Virus record (IMG/VR): IMGVR_UViG_3300020577_005824
Length of the DNA stretch: 64,000 nt
Strand: one strand, 5' to 3'
Source of the DNA: an uncultured virus (IMG/VR IMGVR_UViG_3300020577_005824)
Taxonomy: Duplodnaviria; Heunggongvirae; Uroviricota; Caudoviricetes
A model generated the notes under the pieces. The model saw only the letters and a list, made by a program, of their open reading frames with translations, did not search any database and was not told where the DNA came from. Below, in pieces: positions 47,664 through 57,725 of this stretch; positions within the stretch are counted from its first letter, which is position 1, and every line of letters starts with the position of its first letter. The position numbers and the translations under genes are program-made.

Positions 47664-49403
47664 ATGAGTCAATTAATCAATATCACGATAACAAATAGAG
47701 GCCCATTATTAGAGGCGTTAAAAACACCTACATCTTATGGATTTGATGTCGAGGACATTGTTTCACCTATTACATTTAGTGCCATTAAGAGCAAGGCTTT
47801 TTTCGTAGCAAGAACAAATAAAGGTGGAATTAACGACGATAGAAATGGATCAAAAATAAATTATGAGTCATCTGAAACTCTATCGAATATAGCTGCGAAG
47901 TCGTCTTTATTGTTACTCTTGAATGTTGTTTCAAGAAGAGGGGTTGACAAAAATAACGAAGAGTATGTTTTCGTTTCAAGTAAAATAACCGAGAGTCTTG
48001 TTCCAGTTACAGGAATAGGCACAAAGTTCTACTACATTGAAGATGGGGATAATCTTCCTGTGGAATACATAGTGTCTCAAACTGTAGCTCAAATTATATC
48101 TCAATCTTCATCCGGATCGTTCATCGTTCAAGACGATGGAGTAAATATGGCTCAAGAACCAAAACTGAATTTTGTTGGATATACGGTAGAGGATAATCCA
48201 GCAAATCAGTCAACTGACATTGTTGCCGTGAAATCAATAGAGTACGCAGACTTAGAAAATTTAAGATCTGCTGGACAGTTGCCTTTAGGAGCAAAATATC
48301 TAATAACAGACAGAGGAGATGCTGGAATCATAGTAGATGTATCAGCTCCAAACATAATATCTTTACACGCAAAAGGTTTATTTTTAAATCCAGATTTTCA
48401 AGATGTAGGAGATTATTCAGGATTATTAATCCCTAAAGGAAATAATAAGGGAGTTTGGTTTTTAGCAGGTCAATCGGGAGTAGGAGCATTTGCTAATGAC
48501 GATATTGTATTTTGGAATGGAATAATGTATCAAGTTACAGATGATTCTCAATTTGATACAAATTCTCCTGACATAAATACTGACGCATATTCTCCATTGT
48601 CTAAATCAGTTACTAATGGTTATATATTAGAGCCTGATACTATAATGTATAATTTTAACAATGATGTAATATTAAGTAGAAAAGACAAACGAGGTAATAT
48701 TGTTGAAAATGAGTATGCTGTTAATTTATTTCAATGGGGTAATGATTATGTCACTTACAATGAGGTTAATTCTAGTTTTTATTTTAATTGTATTAATGCT
48801 AGACATAGTGGCATTTCATCTAATATATTTATCAGAGGAATTATAGTATTAAAAATTTGTGATAGTATTAAAACTTGTGTTTTTTTAAATGCTAATTTAG
48901 TTATAAATGGTGTAGGGGTAATAAAAGAGATTACTTTTGATATTGTTGAAAACATAATCATAAGTAATAATAGCATCAATATAATTGGAGGACAAGTAAA
49001 TAGAGAATATTCTTCTTTATTAATAAATGATAATGCTACAGGAAGTCTTGGAGAAGCATTAGAATTAGATTTGAATGACCCAACTATTTTTAGTGGTACT
49101 ATATTAACTATACCTACAGAGTATTCTTTAGCTGGTTTTTTCAAATTAAAAAATTCAGGTGGTTCTACTATAACAAAAATAATTAATTTAACAACTCTTT
49201 TTAAAAACGTAAGATTTATAGTAGAAGATGGAGATAATCAAATTTTTTCTCATACAGGAATCGCTTCTGCTGCCGCTAACGATTTAGTTTCTGATGGAGC
49301 TGCTAATAATACTATAGTTGGCAGAACTAATGGTGGAGATTTTATTGAATATCAAAAAATAGGAAACCTTAATGTAAGAACAAATATTGTTAAATTAGCA
49401 TAA
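47664..49403 (+). CDS. tail fibre/spike-like protein
   Basis: 579 aa, beta/Asn-Ile-rich; GAKYLITD and RKDKRGN motifs. Confidence 0.6.
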   Translation: MSQLINITITNRGPLLEALKTPTSYGFDVEDIVSPITFSAIKSKAFFVARTNKGGINDDRNGSKINYESSETLSNIAAKSSLLLLLNVVSRRGVDKNNEEYVFVSSKITESLVPVTGIGTKFYYIEDGDNLPVEYIVSQTVAQIISQSSSGSFIVQDDGVNMAQEPKLNFVGYTVEDNPANQSTDIVAVKSIEYADLENLRSAGQLPLGAKYLITDRGDAGIIVDVSAPNIISLHAKGLFLNPDFQDVGDYSGLLIPKGNNKGVWFLAGQSGVGAFANDDIVFWNGIMYQVTDDSQFDTNSPDINTDAYSPLSKSVTNGYILEPDTIMYNFNNDVILSRKDKRGNIVENEYAVNLFQWGNDYVTYNEVNSSFYFNCINARHSGISSNIFIRGIIVLKICDSIKTCVFLNANLVINGVGVIKEITFDIVENIIISNNSINIIGGQVNREYSSLLINDNATGSLGEALELDLNDPTIFSGTILTIPTEYSLAGFFKLKNSGGSTITKIINLTTLFKNVRFIVEDGDNQIFSHTGIASAAANDLVSDGAANNTIVGRTNGGDFIEYQKIGNLNVRTNIVKLA

Positions 49404-50569
49404 TGCCAATAACCCTTAATGAAATAACTCAATATTTAGAAAATCACAGTGTAACAAATTACGCTACGCTTCCTGCTGCTAATACAGTAACTAATCAATT
49501 ATGGTATTGTATTAATGAACAAGGTAGTAGATGGTTATTTAATTATAAAAGTGCTGGATGGTATTTTTCTGATGGTGTTAATTGGACACATCAAGAAAGT
49601 GTATTTGAAGCTTCTTTATCAGAAGTTGATGCAGGTATTTTAACTGATAAATTTGTATCTCCTAATACATTAGCTAATTCTACATGGGCGTTTACTGTAG
49701 CTAAAGTATTAACAACTGTTTTAAATGGATTAAGTTTAGCTTCTGGAGGAGTTATAGCATCTAGTGATACAATACTACAAGCTTTTGGTAAGCTTCAGTA
49801 TCAAATAACAAATTTATCAAATACTTATTTAGTTAGAGCTAATAATTTATCAGATTTATCGAGTGCTCAATCAGCAAGAACTAATTTAGGTTTAGAAACT
49901 GCTGCAAATGGCGGCAATGCTGATTATAATATAGGTGTTGAAAAACTTGCTTATACTGGAACTGCATTTACAGCAGCTAGAATATGGACATTACCTGATT
50001 CTAGTTCATTAAATGCTTGGGATGAAAAAGTTGTTGCTGATTTACTCCAAACCGTTACTTCTACAAATACTTTAACTATTGCTGTTCAAAGTGGAAAGAA
50101 ATTAAACGGAGTAACTAACGGAACTGAAGTTATGCAATCTGCTGGAGGATGGAGAAGATTTGCTCCTGATGGAAGTGGTGGTTGGACTTTTGATGCAGGT
50201 ATAGTTCGTCAAACTAAAACACAAACATTAACTAATAAAAGAATAACTTCAAGAGTAACAACTATAACAAGTAGTGCAACTCCTACAATAAACACAGACG
50301 ATTGTGATGCTGTTGATATAACTGCCTTAGCTGCTGCAATCACATCAATGACAACTAATTTAAGTGGAACTCCTACTAATTTTCAAAAATTAATAATTAG
50401 AATTAAAGATAATGGAACTGCTAGAGCAATTACATGGGGAGCAAGTTTCGCAAGTAAAGGAGCTAATTTACCAACAACTACCGTAATTAGTAAATTAACA
50501 AGTATTGGTTTAATATATAATACAACTAGTTCATTATGGGAGTGTGTAGCTGTAGCACAAGAAGCATAA
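49403..50569 (+). CDS. tail fibre protein
   Basis: DTILQAFGKLQ, NNLSDL..AQSARTNLGL, QTLTNK fibre repeats. Confidence 0.75.
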   Translation: MPITLNEITQYLENHSVTNYATLPAANTVTNQLWYCINEQGSRWLFNYKSAGWYFSDGVNWTHQESVFEASLSEVDAGILTDKFVSPNTLANSTWAFTVAKVLTTVLNGLSLASGGVIASSDTILQAFGKLQYQITNLSNTYLVRANNLSDLSSAQSARTNLGLETAANGGNADYNIGVEKLAYTGTAFTAARIWTLPDSSSLNAWDEKVVADLLQTVTSTNTLTIAVQSGKKLNGVTNGTEVMQSAGGWRRFAPDGSGGWTFDAGIVRQTKTQTLTNKRITSRVTTITSSATPTINTDDCDAVDITALAAAITSMTTNLSGTPTNFQKLIIRIKDNGTARAITWGASFASKGANLPTTTVISKLTSIGLIYNTTSSLWECVAVAQEA

Positions 50570-50584
50570 TATAAAAATACAAAA

Positions 50585-51394
50585 ATGGATTATTTAATAG
50601 TTGCAGGTGGAGGTGGAGGAGGAGGAGGAGTTGGTGGTGGTGGAGGTGGTGGTGGACTTCTTTCAGGAACACTTTCATCAATATATCCAGGTACATATCC
50701 TATAGTAGTAGGTTCTGGAGGTTCTGGTGGTGTAAATTTAAATAGAGGTTCAAGTGGTAGTGATTCTTCTTTTAATGGCTTAACTGCTATTGGAGGTGGA
50801 GGAGGTGCTAGTGGTGGAGGTGGTAGTGCAAATAATCCTGCATATAATGGTTTATCAGGCGGTAGTGGTGGAGGTGGAGCTAGACTCCAAACAGCAGGAA
50901 CAGGAACACCTCTTCAAGGAAATAACGGAGGTAGTGGTTCAAATGCTGGAAATCTTAGTGGTGGTGGCGGTGGTGGTGCTGGAGCAGTGGGTTCAAATGG
51001 AAATTCATCTGTTGGTGGTAATGGTGGAGTCGGTTTGTCTAATTCTATATCAGGTTCATCAGTTTTTTATGCTGGCGGAGGTGGTGGGGCTGTATTTGTC
51101 GGAAACTCTAACGGTTCTGGAGGAAATGGTGGTGGAGGAGCTGGAGGTAATGCAACTACACGACCAGGAACAAATGGTACTGCTAATACAGGAGGTGGAG
51201 GTGGAGGTGGAGCATCAAATACTTCAAATGGTGGTAATGGAGGAAGCGGTATTGTAATCATATCATATACAACAGGTTCATTAAATGCAACAGGAGGAAC
51301 AATTACATATAGTGGCGGTAATACAATACACACATTTACTTCAAATGGTAATTTTACAGTTGTAGATAATTCAAGTTTTTTCTTACTATTTTAA
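50585..51394 (+). CDS. glycine-rich domain tail-associated protein
   Basis: YLIVAGGGGGG...NTGGGGGG...GGSGIVII, IHTFTS.G.F. Confidence 0.8.
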   Translation: MDYLIVAGGGGGGGGVGGGGGGGGLLSGTLSSIYPGTYPIVVGSGGSGGVNLNRGSSGSDSSFNGLTAIGGGGGASGGGGSANNPAYNGLSGGSGGGGARLQTAGTGTPLQGNNGGSGSNAGNLSGGGGGGAGAVGSNGNSSVGGNGGVGLSNSISGSSVFYAGGGGGAVFVGNSNGSGGNGGGGAGGNATTRPGTNGTANTGGGGGGGASNTSNGGNGGSGIVIISYTTGSLNATGGTITYSGGNTIHTFTSNGNFTVVDNSSFFLLF

Positions 51395-51405
51395 TATATA
51401 TAAAT

Positions 51406-51801
51406 ATGACAACAATAAATAATAACTGGATAACACTTTCTGAATTAAGAAATGGAGTTCAAGTACAAAGAAAATTTGCAGGATTAGATACTAAAATATC
51501 TTTAGAAAACAATGTTGAAAAATGTTTTGTTAAATACTATGAACGTGAATTATATCCTAATGGGGAAGTTATTAAAACAGAAGAGAAATATTATTCTTTA
51601 GAAGATTTAGCTTTACAAGATGTAGGTGATGCTCAATACATGGCTGAGCTTCCAGTTTTGAGTGGTTTTATAAACAATTTAGGTTATCCTGGGATTATTA
51701 ATCCAGCAAGAGAAACATTGGAAAATGTGGTAATATTACCTATTAACGTTGAAAATGGTTACCCGTTAAGAAGAGATACAAGAGAAATAGTTAATAAATA
51801 A
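51406..51801 (+). CDS. hypothetical protein (possible fibre chaperone)
   Basis: ORF after the fibre genes. Confidence 0.6.
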   Translation: MTTINNNWITLSELRNGVQVQRKFAGLDTKISLENNVEKCFVKYYERELYPNGEVIKTEEKYYSLEDLALQDVGDAQYMAELPVLSGFINNLGYPGIINPARETLENVVILPINVENGYPLRRDTREIVNK

Positions 51802-51818
51802 TTTTTTAATTTACAAAA

Positions 51819-52202
51819 ATGATAAATATTTTATTGTTATTGATAGCGTGGTTATTAAAGTTAGTGTTATTTCCTTTCGGTGTGGCGCTAACTTTAATTT
51901 TATTGATATTTCAACCTTTTACATTTTTTAAAAATATTTTTGCATGGGTTAGACAAATAGCTGTATCAATTGATAAATTAGGAAATGTTGTTTTACAATA
52001 TCCTTTAAATAAATGGTTTATAACTGAGAGTGGTTATAAATTTGGGAATTATGAAAACACAATAAGTTATGTTTTGGGGTATAATAAAATAAATGGAGGG
52101 TTAAAGTATCCTGGCATTTTATTATGTGCCATTTTAAATATGTTAGATAAAAACCATGTTGAAAATGCAGTTGCAATAAAAAAAGATGAGTTAAATAAAT
52201 AA
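51819..52202 (+). CDS. phage membrane protein
   Basis: TM helices; AVSIDKLGNV...FG...TIS.VLG...LD.NH. Confidence 0.65.
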   Translation: MINILLLLIAWLLKLVLFPFGVALTLILLIFQPFTFFKNIFAWVRQIAVSIDKLGNVVLQYPLNKWFITESGYKFGNYENTISYVLGYNKINGGLKYPGILLCAILNMLDKNHVENAVAIKKDELNK

Positions 52203-52232
52203 TTATTATATTTACAACAAAATTCATACAAT

Positions 52233-52763
52233 ATGAAAAAGTGTCAAATAGTATTAGGAGCTACAGGACTTGAGATTACTGCTCACCCCACAACGTCAAA
52301 CCCTACTGAGATATTAGCTAAAACAGAAATAAACGAAGTTGTACCGGTTGCATTTCAGAAAAAACCAGTTACAGGATATGTTAGTCACGCTACTCCTTCG
52401 GGAGCAATGACTCTTGGAGAAACTGTAACAGGAGGCACTTCTGGAGCTACTGCTACATTAGCTCAGTTTGTAGGCACTGGACAGTGGTATTTAACAAATG
52501 TGGTAGGTACGTTTGTATCAGGAGAAACCCTTACCGGTGGAACATCTACAAAAACAGCAGTTATTTCAACAGCATTGATTCCATATTCTACAAATGAAGA
52601 ATGGCAGTATCCATATAAAACAATGACTGTAATTTGCATTAAAATGGCAAACGGAACTAAGTTTGACGTAGAGTTACAAAGTGTAACAAATCAAGCTACT
52701 TGGAATCTAGGAACATTAGCAGCGCTAAACAATGCCGTAGCCGCAATAAATGCTTGGTTGTAA
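52233..52763 (+). CDS. structural protein with GET.TGGTS repeats
   Basis: LGETVTGGTSGA and SGETLTGGTS. Confidence 0.65.
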   Translation: MKKCQIVLGATGLEITAHPTTSNPTEILAKTEINEVVPVAFQKKPVTGYVSHATPSGAMTLGETVTGGTSGATATLAQFVGTGQWYLTNVVGTFVSGETLTGGTSTKTAVISTALIPYSTNEEWQYPYKTMTVICIKMANGTKFDVELQSVTNQATWNLGTLAALNNAVAAINAWL

Positions 52764-52797
52764 AATATAAGATTATAATAATTTAAAAATTATAAAA

Positions 52798-53034
52798 ATG
52801 GCAGCAGAAACTAAGAAAATATCGGACGTATCAATGAGTCCAGCTAAAAACGGAATCATCATATCTTATTGCGAGAAGACAGAAAAGTCTGGCGGTAAAG
52901 GAACTTACGATAACTGCAACTATACATATCCTAAAGAGGTATTTGACTTCGATGCTGATGAAAACAAAGAAGATAAGTTCAACGAAGCTTTCGATAGATT
53001 CAAAGAGCTTTGGAAGCAGGCTCATAACTTTTAA
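52798..53034 (+). CDS. hypothetical protein
   Basis: last gene of the rightward block. Confidence 0.65.
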   Translation: MAAETKKISDVSMSPAKNGIIISYCEKTEKSGGKGTYDNCNYTYPKEVFDFDADENKEDKFNEAFDRFKELWKQAHNF

Positions 53035-53045
53035 AAGTTAATTAC

Positions 53046-53087
53046 AACAAAAAAAACCTTAACTAATAAGTTAAGGTTTTTTTTGTT
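53046..53087. terminator. bidirectional terminator between convergent modules
   Basis: AAAAAAAACCTTAACT/AGTTAAGGTTTTTTTT. Confidence 0.85.
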
Positions 53088-53526
53088 ACATTTTAAAGTC
53101 AGGTATAGAATTTGGATCTATAGTTGATTTATTAGTAGAAATAGGCTTAAACACTAGAGGTACTTCCACCAATTCTGGATTTGCAATATCCTTCGATTGC
53201 TTTTCCATCTCTTTATAAACATCGCAAACCTTTGAATTATCGACTGGTAGATTTTTTTTTTCGGCTGAAGAACTACCTCCAACCTCTCTTGACAAATACT
53301 CTGCCTTAAACTTAAAAGGTATATCATACATTCCTATAAGTGAAATGAGGTCTGTCAAAGAAGCTTTATATCCAACTACACTATTCTTATCTAGCTTTTC
53401 TCCAGATACAGTTATTTTAGCTTCATTTGGATCTATATCACACGCTTTTTTACAAAGAGCTACAAACATAGCATCGGTATCGCTATCAGCGAAACTATCT
53501 ATTTCCAAAAATTTAATTTCTGACAT
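53086..53526 (-). CDS. hypothetical protein
   Basis: 146-aa ORF with an internal A10 run. Confidence 0.65.
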   Translation of the reverse strand: MSEIKFLEIDSFADSDTDAMFVALCKKACDIDPNEAKITVSGEKLDKNSVVGYKASLTDLISLIGMYDIPFKFKAEYLSREVGGSSSAEKKNLPVDNSKVCDVYKEMEKQSKDIANPELVEVPLVFKPISTNKSTIDPNSIPDFKM

Positions 53527-53576
53527 AATATAAATATTAAAAAAGGCCAGTAAATTAAAATACTGGCCAATATAGA

Positions 53577-54281
53577 TTAGAATGGTAGATCTTCATCTTG
53601 TTGAGCAAAAGGATTAGTTCCAGGAGATACACCTGGCATCTGACCACCGCCTTGCTGATTATTTACAAATGTATTAGATTGCTGTTGTTGGTTAAAAACC
53701 GGTGCCGCTTGATTGTTTTGAGCGGATTGACCTTGACTGAAAGGATTAGCAGAATTTTGTTGATTAACTGCAGGTGCTGAGTTATTTTGAACTGGAGCAT
53801 TACCAAAAGGATTTTGGGCTTGTTGCTGAACTTTAGGTTGTGCTACCTGAGTATTTTGTTGTTGAAACGGTTGAGATTGAGCAGAAACGCCCATTAGCTG
53901 ATGTAACGGAATAGCACCCTCGTCGATAAATGTAGCCCAATCATTATAAGTATTTAGCTTACCTTGAACTTTACCTTTGAACTGAATCATAATAAAGTTT
54001 CCTAATGAAATTGCTCTCAATTTCTCTTCTAATACTTTCCCTCCAGATACATCGATGCATTGCCCTAAAGACCCATCTTGATTTACCATTTGGATTTCAG
54101 CTACATAGAATGTAGTCCCTGGATTCTTGCCATGTAATTCAGTGAATTTCTTAAAATACCCTTCTATCTGTGTAGGATATTGAGTATTTCCGATGTTTTT
54201 TTGAGGCTCCCATCTTTGGTTATCACTACCTGATTGACCTACTTCTGCGTAATTACGCCCTGTTTTCTGATTCTGATTCAT
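53577..54281 (-). CDS. ssDNA-binding protein-like
   Basis: OB-like N-terminal domain, Q/N-rich linker, DEDLPF C-terminus. Confidence 0.7.
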   Translation of the reverse strand: MNQNQKTGRNYAEVGQSGSDNQRWEPQKNIGNTQYPTQIEGYFKKFTELHGKNPGTTFYVAEIQMVNQDGSLGQCIDVSGGKVLEEKLRAISLGNFIMIQFKGKVQGKLNTYNDWATFIDEGAIPLHQLMGVSAQSQPFQQQNTQVAQPKVQQQAQNPFGNAPVQNNSAPAVNQQNSANPFSQGQSAQNNQAAPVFNQQQQSNTFVNNQQGGGQMPGVSPGTNPFAQQDEDLPF

Positions 54282-54537
54282 GTTGTTTTGGTTTTAAATT
54301 GTTTTTTTGATTTTCATTTAATTTACGACGAGGCTTCACTCTAATCTCAGCTCTTATGCCGTATATAAGCTCTGAGAGGCATTTTAATTCTTTTTCCTTA
54401 AAAGATGCAATATCTCTTTTTATCCTGCGTGACGCTTGATCATTATCCATAATCTCTAGCTTTGCACAATCTGCAGACATAGCTACTAATGCATTTACCG
54501 CATTATTCAGTACCGGTAATATCTCTCTTTTTATCAT
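54253..54537 (-). CDS. hypothetical protein
   Basis: operon ORF. Confidence 0.6.
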   Translation of the reverse strand: MIKREILPVLNNAVNALVAMSADCAKLEIMDNDQASRRIKRDIASFKEKELKCLSELIYGIRAEIRVKPRRKLNENQKNNLKPKQHESESENRA

Positions 54538-54853
54538 ACTCTAATTTAAACTTTTTCTTATTTTCATACTTCTCTCCCAACTCATCACTAACTGTAGCTC
54601 CAACGTACTTAGCATCGATTACAAACTGAAACCTTACGCTTATACCTAATATTGACAACACCTCCTCAAATTGACTTTCAGTTATATCTGCTTTAGAAAC
54701 ACCTTGAACATTCATGTAACTAGACATAAAATATTGGTACTCTAACCCAACCTCAGAACAAATGTATGACAATGGTATATTAAATTCCTTTGACCTACTT
54801 ACAATAAGCCTCTTTAATTCAGCGCTACCAAGATATACATCCATTAGTGTCAT
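54503..54853 (-). CDS. HTH-like hypothetical protein
   Basis: IPLSYICSEVGL...LGI pattern. Confidence 0.55.
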   Translation of the reverse strand: MTLMDVYLGSAELKRLIVSRSKEFNIPLSYICSEVGLEYQYFMSSYMNVQGVSKADITESQFEEVLSILGISVRFQFVIDAKYVGATVSDELGEKYENKKKFKLEYDKKRDITGTE

Positions 54854-55149
54854 TCTATCTTTCTAACAACTACTTTAGTACCTATTCTATCCCTGAAGCT
54901 TGAAAAAGACTCCTCGATAATCATAGAGTGCGACTTATTCAAAGCATCTTCTTCCTCATTAGGCTTTTCATCAGGCATCAATATAAGTATCGTCATTTCA
55001 CCCTTAATAGCCCTGTCTTTTGGTCCTTTGTGCCATCCGCGAAATGTTTTTATGATAGAAATATCAACACACTCTCGCTCTGTAGCTACGTTTTCCTTCG
55101 TAACCTTGTTGCTAAGAACTCTGTCAACTTCAATAAATTCTTTTTGCAT
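54850..55149 (-). CDS. hypothetical protein
   Basis: ATG 55149 downstream of TATGTTTG (55165-55172). Confidence 0.6.
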   Translation of the reverse strand: MQKEFIEVDRVLSNKVTKENVATERECVDISIIKTFRGWHKGPKDRAIKGEMTILILMPDEKPNEEEDALNKSHSMIIEESFSSFRDRIGTKVVVRKIE

Positions 55150-55212
55150 AAACGCTTGTTTTGACAAACATAAGAAGTTTATTTGATATTATCAAAGAAA
55201 AAGTTAAAAAAA

Positions 55213-55752
55213 TTATGATAAATATTCGTCGATTATCTTAATAGCCTCTTCAGCTCCTACGGCAAAAACTGCCTTATACCCCTGCTCTTCCAATCTTTTC
55301 AATATGGCATATTGTTCCTGAACATGCTCATTGGAGGATAAACTACCATCTTTAAGGTATGGTGATTTACCATCTCGTTTTAGCTCTATGAAAAGACCGT
55401 TATACCCTAATTTATCAATGTATTTATCCATCATTGGCTTAGCGATAAATAAGTCAGGTAATCCGCGAGAAGATCGCAATCTTGCATTCATACCTCCAAT
55501 ATGCTTTCCTAGGTTCATTCCTGACGCAAGGTCACATTGAAATATAACATCTGGGTAGTTATCTTTTAAATGCTTGCATACCGATACCTGAATGTTAGCC
55601 TCTTTTATCTTAGTATTTTTCTTGAACGTCTTTTTAAACTCCTCTGGAGTAAAAAGATTAGCTTCTGATGTTGATTTTTTAGCCACGGTTATTATTTCTT
55701 TTGTTAGGGTTAAACTCATAATTCTGAGGTGGAGTTTCTTCATAATGAACAT
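55213..55752 (-). CDS. VRR-NUC / PD-(D/E)xK nuclease (start uncertain)
   Basis: EANIQ...GLPDLFI...LFIELK...Q...L...GYKA. Confidence 0.85.
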   Translation of the reverse strand: MFIMKKLHLRIMSLTLTKEIITVAKKSTSEANLFTPEEFKKTFKKNTKIKEANIQVSVCKHLKDNYPDVIFQCDLASGMNLGKHIGGMNARLRSSRGLPDLFIAKPMMDKYIDKLGYNGLFIELKRDGKSPYLKDGSLSSNEHVQEQYAILKRLEEQGYKAVFAVGAEEAIKIIDEYLS

Positions 55753-57715
55753 GCAGATTATTGTCTATATTCAATATGTAAGACTCGACGCCTGTCTCAG
55801 TTCTCTTGTCGGTAAGACGAAGGTAAAGTTTACCTTTCATAAACTCTACTTCATCAGGATTATCAATAGACTGACTATTCGGATCTATAATCTTTGATGT
55901 AGAGAAATACCCATCTGCATTTGCTGTTGTTTTAATACCGCCACGAACCTTCTTGCCTGTATCCCTCAATACAGCATTTCCAGCATCTCCCGACATGTGT
56001 AGTAATCCAAATACTACGCAGTTTGTTTGCTTCGCTATCTCCTTACATACTCCTGAGTTGTAAATGGTAGCCTGAATTTCATCTTTACCAGCAGCGTCCA
56101 TCTGAGTAATACCATCAACAACAATAAGCTTTATTTCCTTACCTGTAGTAGCGTATATATGTTGTATTGTAGCATACACATTCTTTTGATTGAATCCGTT
56201 GCCGTTAACAACGAATATGTTTCGTTTAGTGTAAACCTCTATCTTCTCAATAAACTCAGCAACATTACCCTCGTTTAGCTCTTTTCTGTAAAGCATGTCT
56301 CTCATGTTAACACCTAAAGTCATTTGGGCTAATCTTCCATATAGCTGAAATCTACTCATCTCTCCATTCAGATACAATGTAGGTATGCCGTCCATGGCAT
56401 TTCTAAAAGCAGTATACTGAACAAGTATGGATTTATATGTTCCACCTAATCCTATCCACTCATAAAAAGAACCAGGAAGAGCACCTCCAAACATATCTCT
56501 GTCTACAGGAGGAATATATGTTCTTATCATTCCCTTTGTCATATCCATCTTCACAAGCTCCTTGACCATATCCTCTGCAGTTTCATAAGATAACGAATCC
56601 TTAGCTGCGGCCGAAGCGATATTGTTTTGAAGTGTAGATACTGCATAATTCATCATATCTACAAGAGAAGCCCTTTTGTAATCTATGTAACCCATCTTGT
56701 CATAAAAGTTACCTATCTTACCTACAACATCCATAATCTCGCCTATCTGCAGCTTATATGTGTAAAGCATGGCTGTAATACGCATAATATCATTAGCAGC
56801 TACATCAGTAGTGTAATTCGCTATATATGGAGGAGCTACGAATGATGAGTTATTGTCTATATCTCTAACCTTCACGGAGCCGTGTTCGTGCTGATTATGG
56901 AAGAATGCTGAACGTACAGACTGATGCCACTTGCTGTCTGGAGTAGTATATCGGCTGTCAATCATTCTGATAACATCGTCAGGACTAGCTCCACATCTAT
57001 TCATAGCACATGCAAGTGCGTGTATGTAAACATTCTTTTGTCCATCTACATATTCTTTATTTCTTTCTACCCACTTTACGCAAGTATCGAATATAGCATC
57101 TAGGTTATTAGTAGCCTCATGCTCTCCGGCAGAAGTATGTACGTGGCCTGTAACTACAGTGTTATACTTTTCTACATTCACCTCAAATGGTGCGGCATCC
57201 TTTATAATACATTCAGGGTCATAAGAAACATAACAAAGACGACACACATCTTTTCCAGAAGGGTCTACATTTACAAAGTAGTTATTTTCTACATATTCCT
57301 GAAGATGTAAGAATGACGCTCTGTGGTTATTCGGGTCGGTAACATTAGTTTGAAAAACTATCTTTATACCATTGTTGCTAGGAGATATAAATACACAGCA
57401 TACATGAGGGTCTTTGGATAATTGCTGCTTCAAAAGCTTTATCTTTTCAGTATCTATTTTATCAACATCTATAACAGTAAGCGAAGAATACGTTTCTACA
57501 GAATTAATTGACCTAGTACCTTCTTTGAAAGTTCCTGACCATGTAACAGCAGGAAGGAGTTTTTTCTTTTCCTTATATTCCTTCTCATCTGTTATGTTAC
57601 GAAGCAAGGCTATTTGGTTAGCCCACTCTCCTGACAATATACCTACAGCTACATCGTGAGCATTGACGTTCTGAATATCCTTCGAAAAGGTATTTGGATA
57701 AAATGATATTAGCAT
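55679..57715 (-). CDS. primase-helicase (VirE-N/BT4734-like primase plus RecA/DnaB-like ATPase)
   Basis: KKLLPAVTWSG, IDVD, SPSNNGIK, DVCRLCYVSYD; GLGGTYKS Walker A, LIVVDG Walker B. Confidence 0.82.
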   Translation of the reverse strand: MLISFYPNTFSKDIQNVNAHDVAVGILSGEWANQIALLRNITDEKEYKEKKKLLPAVTWSGTFKEGTRSINSVETYSSLTVIDVDKIDTEKIKLLKQQLSKDPHVCCVFISPSNNGIKIVFQTNVTDPNNHRASFLHLQEYVENNYFVNVDPSGKDVCRLCYVSYDPECIIKDAAPFEVNVEKYNTVVTGHVHTSAGEHEATNNLDAIFDTCVKWVERNKEYVDGQKNVYIHALACAMNRCGASPDDVIRMIDSRYTTPDSKWHQSVRSAFFHNQHEHGSVKVRDIDNNSSFVAPPYIANYTTDVAANDIMRITAMLYTYKLQIGEIMDVVGKIGNFYDKMGYIDYKRASLVDMMNYAVSTLQNNIASAAAKDSLSYETAEDMVKELVKMDMTKGMIRTYIPPVDRDMFGGALPGSFYEWIGLGGTYKSILVQYTAFRNAMDGIPTLYLNGEMSRFQLYGRLAQMTLGVNMRDMLYRKELNEGNVAEFIEKIEVYTKRNIFVVNGNGFNQKNVYATIQHIYATTGKEIKLIVVDGITQMDAAGKDEIQATIYNSGVCKEIAKQTNCVVFGLLHMSGDAGNAVLRDTGKKVRGGIKTTANADGYFSTSKIIDPNSQSIDNPDEVEFMKGKLYLRLTDKRTETGVESYILNIDNNLHVHYEETPPQNYEFNPNKRNNNRG

Positions 57716-57725
57716 AAATTGAAAA

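Noticed and set aside
50790..51333. Alternative-frame and antisense ORFs over the glycine-rich gene
   Set aside because: Shadows of GGN codon repeats. Most other short antisense ORFs in the track are likewise shadows of real genes.
47664..51394. Diversity-generating retroelement or invertible fibre shufflon
   Set aside because: No reverse transcriptase, invertase or template/variable repeat pair seen.
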